NCBI GenBank assembly: GCA_038213805.1 | Contig: JBBQSO010000030.1 | Location: 1 to 55,137 of the forward strand | From: Planctomycetota bacterium | GTDB taxonomy: Bacteria; Planctomycetota; UBA11346 | Direction of reading: 5' to 3' | DNA length: 55,137 nt | Notes under the pieces: model-generated | The model's input: the letters and a program-made list of their open reading frames with translations, nothing else | What the model was told of the DNA's origin: nothing | Database searches by the model: none | Shown: piece by piece, positions 1 through 8,300 of the stretch | Numbering within the stretch: the stretch's first letter is position 1 | How the letters are laid out: every line of letters begins with the position of its first letter | Position numbers and translations under genes: made by a program

Positions 1-43
1 CGGGCGGGACTGGGGTGATCGGGGTGTTCTGAACGTGGCTCAT
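1..43 (-). CDS. 5' end of a hypothetical protein running off the window (MSHVQNTPITPVPP...)
   Basis: ATG at 43-41 on the minus strand with GGGAG just upstream; open to the window edge. Only 14 codons are visible. Confidence 0.35.
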   Translation of the reverse strand, partial: MSHVQNTPITPVPP

Positions 44-166
44 GGCCACTCCCTCTGGCGGCTACGCCGCCGGTGGGAGCAGTGGAGTTCCTCTATCAGA
101 CTTCAGGAATGGGGCATGATGCAATCTGGTGAGGAGGACAATCAGGATCCAGACAGCCAACTCCCA

Positions 167-207
167 AAACAACAATCCCCGCGAGTTCATCGCGGGGATT
201 GTTGTTT
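167..207 (-). terminator. Intrinsic terminator after tRNA-Pro
   Basis: Perfect 18-bp inverted repeat AAACAACAATCCCCGCGA / TCGCGGGGATTGTTGTTT with a 5-nt loop and T-rich tails, directly after the tRNA CCA. Confidence 0.8.
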
Positions 208-208
208 C

Positions 209-287
209 TGGTCGGACCGACAAGATTCGAACTTGCGACCTCTACCACCCCAAGGTAGCGCTCTAATCCAGGCTGAGCTACGGTCCG
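209..287 (-). tRNA. tRNA-Pro(GGG)
   Basis: Minus strand CGGACCG...CGGTCCG-A-CCA acceptor stem; anticodon arm CTACC-TTGGGGT-GGTAG; GTTCGAATC T-loop; CCA is encoded. Confidence 0.96.
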
Positions 288-301
288 ATGCGAGGGTTGG
301 G

Positions 302-330
302 TTTTTATGAAGTTAGCGGGGGCTGGTCAA
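302..330 (-). promoter_or_regulatory. Putative sigma70 promoter of tRNA-Pro
   Basis: Minus strand TTGACC-N17-TAAAAA ending 14 nt upstream of the mature tRNA 5' end. Confidence 0.55.
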
Positions 331-333
331 TGG

Positions 334-3300
334 TTATTCCTTGGCGGCCCGCAGCGGGCTGGTCGCCTGAGCAGCGGAACCAATGTGGGGCGGCACCCTT
401 GAGGCGTCTGCGAGGTCCACGGTGGGTGCGCCCAGCGCCTCGCCGTCACGCCCACCGGTGGCCCCGGTCCCCCCACCAAAGATCCGGCGGCACCAGGCCG
501 ACAGATCGTCGAAGAGTGTGTACGCCACCGGCGTCACCAGCAGCGACAGCAGCAGGCTGAGCGCCTGGCCGCCGACGATCACGCGCGCCATGGCTGCACG
601 GCGGCCGGAGCCGGGGCCCTCGCCCAGAGCGATCGGTACCATGCTGGCGATCAGCATCAGGGTGGTCATCAGGATCGGGCGCAGGCGCACGCGGTTGGCC
701 TCTAGCACCGCCCACAGGCGACTGCACCAGGCAAGGTCGTGGCGGCCGACCCAGGCCCACCAGCGGCCGGCACCAGTCGGGGCGGCGTAGGCGGCGGGCA
801 GCAGCCCCGGCTCGTCGCGCAGCCGCACACGCAGGACGTTGGCGTAGTCGACCTGCAGGATGCCGTTCTTCTTGACGATGCCAAAGAGCAGGAAGATGCC
901 GAGGATCGAGTAGATGGTCAGCGGCTGGCCAAGCAGGATCAGCGAGATCAGCGCAAAGGGGATGGTGACCGGCACCGCGAGCAGGATCGCGATCGGCATC
1001 ACGAAGCTCTCGAACTGCGCGGCCAGCACCATGTACATGAACACCAGTGACAGGCCGAAGGCGAGCAGGAAGCCCTGGTTGGCCTCGACCTGGACCTTGG
1101 CGCGGCCGCCGGCGACCAGCCGATAGTCGGCGGGCATGCCGACCGCCGCGCCGGCGGCGACGAAGGCCGCGGCCGCCTCGCTGGTCGGGATGCCGTTGAG
1201 GTTGGCGACGATGGAGATCTTGCGCACGCGGTTGTAGCGGTCGATCTGCGCCGGGCCGCGCGCCTCGCTGAGGGTGGCGATGCTGGCCAGGCGCACCGGT
1301 GGCCCCCTGGTCGAGGGCACGCTGAGCGCCTCGAGCGCTGGCACGCCGTCGCGGTCTGCGCCCCGCGCACGCAGCCACACGTCGTAGAGCTCGCCCAGGC
1401 GGACGTCCTTGAAGTCCGAGACCACCTCGCCGCCGACCAGGGTGCCGAGCGTGCGCGCGGCGGCCTGCACCGACACCCCCTGGTCGCTGGCGCGCTCGCG
1501 GTCGATGACGACGCGGATCTCGGGTTTGCGCAGCGCCAGGGTGGTGTCGACGTCGCTGAGGTCGCCGCGCAGGCGCAGTTTCGCGACGATCGCGTCGGCG
1601 TAGGCGCCCAGGCGCTCCAGGTCGGGGCCGACCAGCGCGAACTCGACATCGGCGTTGACGCCACCGCTGCCGCCGGATGCGGGCTGGATGCTGGTGCGCA
1701 GGTCGGGCCAGTCAGCGACGATGGCGCGCGCGCGCGCCATCAGGTCGGCCTGGGTGAAGCGCCGCCCGTTCGCACCTGGTTGGCGCTGCCGCAGGTCGAT
1801 CAGGCGCACGTAGATGGTGGCCTTGGTGACCTCGCCGGCGGCCTTGGTGACGCGTCCCGAGGTGTCACCGATGGTGGTGAGCAGGTCGACGACCTCGGGC
1901 TGGGCGCGCAGCCGCGCCTCGAGCGCGCGGCAGGTGGCGTCGGTGCGCGCCAGCGTCCAGCCGGGTGGGGTGGTGATGGCGATCTCGAATTCGCTCTGGT
2001 CCTCGGTGGGCACGAAGTCGACGCCGGCGATCGCCGCCAGACCGGGGAAGTCGAGCCAGGCGAGGCGCTGCAGCGCGGCCGGATTGCCGAGGGCCAGCCA
2101 CCTGCCGAACGGCAGCGGGAACAGCAGCAACGCCACCGCCAGCGCCATGGTCATCACCAGCGCGCGCCGGCGCAGCGCCCAGCGCAGCGCGGCCAGGTAA
2201 GGCCGCTCGACCCAGCGCCCGTAGAGTCCGCCGCTGTGGTGATCGGCGCGCCCGCCCGGCGGGGCCGGCTTCAGCTTGAGGAAGCGCGACGCCAACATCG
2301 GCGTCAGCACGAAGCTGACCAGCATCGAGACCAGGATGGCGACCGCCATGGTGATGCCGAAGGAGTGGAAGAAGCGCCCGACGCGCCCGCTCATGAACGC
2401 CACCGGCAGGAAGATCACCACCAGCGACAAGGTGGTCGCGACCACCGCCAGGGCGATCTCCCTGGTCGCGCCGAGCGCCGCGTCCCAGGCGCTGACGCCC
2501 TTCTCCTCCATCCAGCGGAAGATGTTCTCATTCACCACCACCGCATCGTCGATGACCACGCCCACCGCCATGACCAGGGCGAGCATGGTGATGTTGTTGA
2601 GCGTGAAGCCCAGCCAGCCCATGACCATGAAGCTGGCGATCAGCGAGATCGGGATGGACAGCGAAGCGATGATCATCGTCCGCCAGTCGCGCAGGAAGAG
2701 CAGGATCGAGCCCGCGACCAGCAGCGCGCCCAGAAAGAGGTGCTTCTCGATCTCGTGCAGCGAGCCGCTGATGAACACCGACTGGTCGCGGATCAGGGTG
2801 AAGTGCAGGTCGGTGCGCCCGTCCTTACGGAAGCCCTCGGCGATCCCGGCGAGCTTGGCCTTCACCCGCGCGATGACGTCGATGGTGTTCGTGCCGCTCT
2901 GCTTCTGGACGACCAGCAGCACCGCGTTTTGACCGTCCAGCCGGCCCACCGAGCGGGGTTCCTCGACGCCGTCGGCGACCGTGCCGATATCGGCGATGCG
3001 CACCGGCTGACCGGCCTTCTGCGCGACGATGACGTCGGCGAAGCCCGTGGGATCGGCAATGCGCCCCATGGTGCGCAGGATCGGTTCGCGTCCCGCCTGG
3101 TCGACGCGCCCGCCGGGCGACTCGACATTCTGGCTCTGCAGCCCCTGGCGGACCTGGTCGATGGTCAGGCCGTAGGCCTCGAGCCGCGCCGCGTCGGCGG
3201 TGATGGTCACCGCGCGGCGCTGGCCGCCGACCAGCGACACCGCACCGACGCCGTCGACGCTGCTGAGCACGTCCTGGACCTGGCGGCGCGCGATCTCGGT

Positions 3301-3756
3301 GACCTCGCGCAGGCTGCGCTGGCCGTCAACGGCGACGGTCAGCACCGGCGCGGCGTCGAAGTCGAACTTGTCGATGATCGGCGCCTGGGTGCCGGTGGGC
3401 AGCGCCGCCAGCACGGTGTTGATCTTGCCCTGGACCTCCTGTTGGGCGATGTCCCGATTCTTCTCGAGCAGGAAGACGATCGTGACCGACGAGATGCCCT
3501 CCTTGCTGGTGCTGCGCAGTTCGTCGATGCCGCTGATGGTGTTGACCGCGTCCTCGATGACCTTGGTGACGCCGGTCTCCATCTCCTCGACCGAGGTGCA
3601 CGGGCGGGTGGTCGTGACGATCACCACCGGCAGGTCGACGTTGGGCATCAGGTCGACGCCGATGCGCGCGAACGCGATCAGGCCGGCGACCACCGGGAAC
3701 AGCAGCAGCATGCAGGCGAACACCGGCCGGCGGATGCACAGCTCCGGCAGGTTCAC
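334..3756 (-). CDS. RND efflux transporter permease (AcrB/MdtBC-like)
   Basis: GTG start overlapping the MFP stop (GTGA); N-terminal 'LCIRRPVFA'; proton-relay motifs 'VVIDDAVVVNENI', 'GIVKKNGIL', 'RLRPILMTT'; about 1140 aa. Confidence 0.93.
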   Translation of the reverse strand: MNLPELCIRRPVFACMLLLFPVVAGLIAFARIGVDLMPNVDLPVVIVTTTRPCTSVEEMETGVTKVIEDAVNTISGIDELRSTSKEGISSVTIVFLLEKNRDIAQQEVQGKINTVLAALPTGTQAPIIDKFDFDAAPVLTVAVDGQRSLREVTEIARRQVQDVLSSVDGVGAVSLVGGQRRAVTITADAARLEAYGLTIDQVRQGLQSQNVESPGGRVDQAGREPILRTMGRIADPTGFADVIVAQKAGQPVRIADIGTVADGVEEPRSVGRLDGQNAVLLVVQKQSGTNTIDVIARVKAKLAGIAEGFRKDGRTDLHFTLIRDQSVFISGSLHEIEKHLFLGALLVAGSILLFLRDWRTMIIASLSIPISLIASFMVMGWLGFTLNNITMLALVMAVGVVIDDAVVVNENIFRWMEEKGVSAWDAALGATREIALAVVATTLSLVVIFLPVAFMSGRVGRFFHSFGITMAVAILVSMLVSFVLTPMLASRFLKLKPAPPGGRADHHSGGLYGRWVERPYLAALRWALRRRALVMTMALAVALLLFPLPFGRWLALGNPAALQRLAWLDFPGLAAIAGVDFVPTEDQSEFEIAITTPPGWTLARTDATCRALEARLRAQPEVVDLLTTIGDTSGRVTKAAGEVTKATIYVRLIDLRQRQPGANGRRFTQADLMARARAIVADWPDLRTSIQPASGGSGGVNADVEFALVGPDLERLGAYADAIVAKLRLRGDLSDVDTTLALRKPEIRVVIDRERASDQGVSVQAAARTLGTLVGGEVVSDFKDVRLGELYDVWLRARGADRDGVPALEALSVPSTRGPPVRLASIATLSEARGPAQIDRYNRVRKISIVANLNGIPTSEAAAAFVAAGAAVGMPADYRLVAGGRAKVQVEANQGFLLAFGLSLVFMYMVLAAQFESFVMPIAILLAVPVTIPFALISLILLGQPLTIYSILGIFLLFGIVKKNGILQVDYANVLRVRLRDEPGLLPAAYAAPTGAGRWWAWVGRHDLAWCSRLWAVLEANRVRLRPILMTTLMLIASMVPIALGEGPGSGRRAAMARVIVGGQALSLLLSLLVTPVAYTLFDDLSAWCRRIFGGGTGATGGRDGEALGAPTVDLADASRVPPHIGSAAQATSPLRAAKE

Positions 3757-5081
3757 GACTTGGGGTTCCCCGCGCCGGCGGCGGCGACCGGGGCGCTTGG
3801 CGCAGCCGCTGGGGTGGGTGGCGCCGGCGCCGCGACCTTGACCGTCACCGCCACGCCACTGGCCAGCCTGCTGGTGCCGGTCACCACCAGCTGCTCGCCG
3901 CCGGCGAGGCCGCTGCGCACCTCGACCTCGTCGCCGACGCGCACGCCGATCTCGACCGGCAGCTCGCGCGCGAGGCCGTTTGCGACCGTGAAGACCTTCG
4001 TCACGCCGGCGAAGGCGATGATGGCGTCTGCAGGCGCCAGCAGCACGCTCTCGACGCGCGTGCGGATGGTGCCGTGCGCGAAGGCGCCCGCGCGCAGCGC
4101 ACCGGCGGCGTTCGGCACCAGCACCTCGACCGGCACGGTGCGTGCGACCGGGTCGATGCGCGGGCTGATGCGTTCGACCCTGCCGATCACCGGCGCGGCG
4201 ACGCCGGCCAGGTCGATGGCGACCAGCTGCCCACGCGCCAGCTCGCCCGCAAAGCGTTCGGGCACATCGGCCTTGAGCTTGAGGGCGCGGTCGGCGACCA
4301 CGCGGTAGAGGTTGGTGCCCTCCTTCACCCACTCGCCGGGCGCGACCAGGCGCGCGGCTACGCTGTAGGGCGGCAGGTCGGGCTGCGCCGCGTCAAGGAC
4401 CGCGGCCACGCCCAGGTCGGGCACGCGCACGCTGGTGTCGGCGAGGCGCTTGGCGGCGAGGTCGAGTTCTGCCTTGGCGGTGCGGGCCTGGGCGAGCAGC
4501 GCCTGGCTGGCGATGCGCTCGGCCTGCAGGTCGCGCTTGGCGATCTCGACACGGTTGCCGAGGTCCTCCAGGTCCTGGGCGCTGATCAAGTCGTTGCCGC
4601 CATTGGCAGCGGGCTGGAAGCGCTGGAAGCGGTGGCCTGCGCTGTCGACCAGGAGACGCGCGCGCGCCACGCCCGGCAGCGCCTCGACGTCAAGGTCGCC
4701 CTCCGGCAGGCGCACCAGACCGAGCTTGGCCAGGGATTCCTGCAGGGCGGCGGCGGCACGCGATTCGGCCAGGCGGTAGTCGCTGGGGTCGAGGCGCGCC
4801 AGCTCGTCCCCGGGACCGACGCGGTCGCCGAGGTCGCGCAGCACCTGTGCCACCGGGCCGGCAACACGGGCGGAGATCACCGCCTCTTCCTGGCCGGTCA
4901 GGGTGCCGGTCACCGCCACGCTACGCTGGACCTCGGCGCGATGGACTCCGCGCAGCTCAACCGGCACGGGCGCGGCGACCGCTGCGGCCTGGTCGGGAAC
5001 CTTGCCACAGCCGCACAACACCATGCACACGCCTGTCAGGGCGGTACCTACGACACGAACACGGAACGTCTGCAGGGACAT
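3753..5081 (-). CDS. RND efflux periplasmic adaptor (membrane fusion protein), probable lipoprotein
   Basis: Lipobox-like 'LCGC'; lipoyl motif 'GDRVGPGDELARLD', coiled hairpin, 'GRVERISPRID', 'LRAGAFA'; translationally coupled to the RND permease. Confidence 0.9.
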   Translation of the reverse strand: MSLQTFRVRVVGTALTGVCMVLCGCGKVPDQAAAVAAPVPVELRGVHRAEVQRSVAVTGTLTGQEEAVISARVAGPVAQVLRDLGDRVGPGDELARLDPSDYRLAESRAAAALQESLAKLGLVRLPEGDLDVEALPGVARARLLVDSAGHRFQRFQPAANGGNDLISAQDLEDLGNRVEIAKRDLQAERIASQALLAQARTAKAELDLAAKRLADTSVRVPDLGVAAVLDAAQPDLPPYSVAARLVAPGEWVKEGTNLYRVVADRALKLKADVPERFAGELARGQLVAIDLAGVAAPVIGRVERISPRIDPVARTVPVEVLVPNAAGALRAGAFAHGTIRTRVESVLLAPADAIIAFAGVTKVFTVANGLARELPVEIGVRVGDEVEVRSGLAGGEQLVVTGTSRLASGVAVTVKVAAPAPPTPAAAPSAPVAAAGAGNPKS

Positions 5082-5348
5082 GGACGACCTGATGAGGGAC
5101 GGGAACGCATGGGCGTCGAAGGAAGACGCCCGGAGAGGGTGGGACGTTGACTCTCGGCGCGGCCGGGCGGGGACAAGGGCGAGGCCGTTCCACGGTGGGC
5201 ACCGCCGCAGGTGCGCTGACCTTGGCCCCCGCTTTGACCACCGCGGGCGCCACAGAGCCAAGTGCCTGTTTTCAAGCGACTTTCGGACCTGCCCTGCGCC
5301 CGCTCCCCACGTGACAATCGCCATGCACCGCTAGGGTCCCAGGAGCCC

Positions 5349-8300
5349 ATGGATGACGGCCTCGATGCCTCCGTGACCACGCCCACCGCCGACCCCTCGG
5401 AAGGGGCCTCCGCGGGCACCGTCGACCTGGGCGTGCGCGTCACCACCGAGGGCTTCAGCGGGCCACTCGACCTGCTGCTCTACTTGGTGCGACGCACCGA
5501 ACTGGACATCGTCGACATCCCGCTGGTCCTGATCATCGACCAGTTCGTGGCGACGATCGGCCAATGGGCCGACCTCGATCTGGAGGTCGCTGGCGACTTC
5601 ATCGCCATGGCCGCGACCCTGCTCGAGATCAAGGCGCGCCTGATCGCCCCGCCGCCCGAAGAACCGGACGCCGCCGGCGACGACGAGGGCGACGCATTCG
5701 ACCCGCGCGCCGACCTGATCAACTCGCTGCTCGCCTACCGCCGCTTCAAGGAGGCGACCCAGGAACTGGCCGCGCGCGAGGACGCGCGCCGCGAACGCCG
5801 CGAACGCCAGCTGCGCGAGACCATCCCCGAGGACCCCGAGGACGAGCCCACCCTTGAGCTGGGCGCCGTCGATTCCCACCTGCTGCTGCGCACCTGCGAG
5901 CTGCTGATGGCGCGCATCAACGGCCTGGGCCCGCGCACGGTGACGGTCGACGATGTGCCGCTCGGCGTGCACATCGACCGCATCGTCGACGCGGTGCGTA
6001 CCCAGGGCACCAGCACGCTCGGCGCGCTGATCACCGCCGCGCCGACCCTGCTGGTGCGCGTCTCGACGGTGATGGCGGTGCTCGAAGGCACGCGCCAGCG
6101 CTTTCTGGAATCACGCCAGGTCGAGCAATACGGTGACGTCGGCCTGCGCTACCGCGACGAGGAGGAGCGCGCCCGCGTCAGCGAGCTGCCCCCAGAGTTG
6201 CCACCCGAGACGCGCCGCCGTCGCCGCCCGCCGCTGGTCACCTGGACGCCACCTGCGAGCGCCGCGCCAGCCGGCGAGGAGACACCCGCCGACGCCGCGA
6301 CCGACGAACCGGTCGAGAGCGACGACGAGCGCTTCCTGCGCGAGCTCGACGAATCGTGCCGGCTGAACGCGGTGCTGGCGGCGAGCGCCGATCTTGAACG
6401 CGCCTACACCGCCTTCCTGACCGAGCGGCATCCCGAACTCCTGCCGCCGGCGCCGGTGGCGGTGGCCGTCGCGAGCGCGGCGCCGGCGGTCGCGGCGCCG
6501 GCGGCGGAAATGGCTGCGCCGGCGGCCGTCGCACACGCGGCGCATGTCGTTCCGACCGCGACCGCTGCTGCGGTGGTCGCACCGCCAGCCGCAGCCGAAA
6601 CGGACCTCACGGCAGGCGTCACGCCGACTGCGACCGCCAGTGTCACGCCGCTGGACGCCGAGCTGTCGCCGGTCCCCGCCAGCGCGGACGCAACTGTGCA
6701 TCCCGCCACACCTGCTGCAGAAACCGTGGCCGCGGCTCCGCTCGCAACGCCGGTGGTGGATGCGGCGGCTGCGCATGCCGCAGATGCGATCGCAATCGAG
6801 CCCGTCGCGATAGCCGAGCAATCGCCCAGCCACGCGGTCGAGCCTGCCGCGCCGGACGGCGCAGACCGGCCCGCGGAACGCACCGTCAGCGTCGCCACCG
6901 TACCAGCGGAAGCGGAAGCGGCACCGAACCGCGAGGCGCCTGCCGTCGACGTGGTCCACTCCGCGTGCGCTCCGGTCGACGCCGTGGACCCGCGCGACGA
7001 GGCCGGTACCACGCCGGAGATCCCGGCGTGCGCCGCTTCCGATGCCGCTGCGGCGAGCACGGCGGATATCGCGGCGCCACCCACCACCGCCACCGATCTG
7101 CCCGCACCTGTGGACGGGCCTGCGGATGCGCTTGCTGCCAGCGCGCTGCCGCTGCGCGAGGACGCAGGCACCACCGGAGTCGTCGACGCGATGCCCGCCC
7201 AGACGCACGCGATGTCGCCAGCCGACACCCTGCTCGCGCTGGCGGCACCGGCACTCGCCCAGGAAGTTGCGGGCGGGCAGACCGACACGACTGGAGACGG
7301 CTTCGCCTCACCTGCGGGGGAGACCATCTCCGCCCTGGATCCGATCGTGAAATCCCCAGTGCCCATGGCCGACCTGACGCAGGACGGCAGCGCAGCGACC
7401 GTCGCACCCATCCCCGCCAGCGCCGAAGTCGACCGCTGGTCCTCGCGCGATGACGAACCGCGCGCCTGGCCGGTCGAAGCGGCGGCGGCCGCACTGGAAG
7501 CGCGCCTGCTGGACCACGCATCCGACGAGGACGAGGCGGAGCCCACGCCCGCGCCGGAAAGCGACGACGAGCTGACCGCCTCCGACGATCCCGCCAGCGC
7601 CAATGCCATGCTGCTGCGCGAACTCGCCGCCGCTGCCGAGACGCGCCGCGCCGCGCTCGAGCGCGAGCTCCAGCGTCAGCGGGAACGGGAGGCTGCCGCA
7701 GCAGCAGCTGCCGCAACGGAAGTGGAAATCGCAGCGACAGCGGCAGCGCAGACACCTGCTGCATCCGCGCCGCTGCAAGCCGAAGCCCCGGTCGCTGCGG
7801 TGGCGGATGTGACTGCGACGACCATGGAGGCCAGCGCCGCACTGGCCGCGTCAGCGCCCGCACTCAGCGTTGATGAACCCGCAGACCTCACCGCCATCGA
7901 GGCGGCAGCTCCCGCCTTCCTGGAACCGGTCAAACCGGCGCACTGGGAAGATGACGTCGACGTTGAGGCGGAGCCGGAGATCCCGCCCGCCGAGGAAACG
8001 TCGCAAGGCGACGACATTGCGAGCGGATCACGGAGCGATGCGCACGCGGCAGCGCCGATCCCCATTGCGGACAGCGACGCACCCGCTGCAGATGTTGCGC
8101 ACGACGCCTCCGCCATCGCGCCCACTGCGCCAGCGGAGGCCGTGCACGCGACGACGGCGGCGGAAGATGCCCAGCCTGGGATCGCTGAGGTGCACGCGGC
8201 TGTGACACTCCCGGCCGAGTACAACGTGGCGATCCCAGCAGCGGACGCCCACGCGCAGGACGCCTCCGCCATCCCACCTACCGCGCCAGCGGAGACCGAG

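Noticed and set aside
1780..4308. Long antisense or shadow ORFs (e.g. 1780-4308+, 19149-21878+, 25006-27594+, 29677-32868-, 43840-46947+)
   Set aside because: They lie opposite well-supported genes and have no motifs; expected from stop-codon scarcity at high GC.
3757..4332. N-terminal extensions in the ORF track (RND from 4332, addA from 23096, glgA from 39479, serS from 51339)
   Set aside because: They overlap real genes in other frames or strands, and homology starts at downstream starts. The ScpA fusion differs: it overlaps no competing gene and has recognisable domains at both ends.
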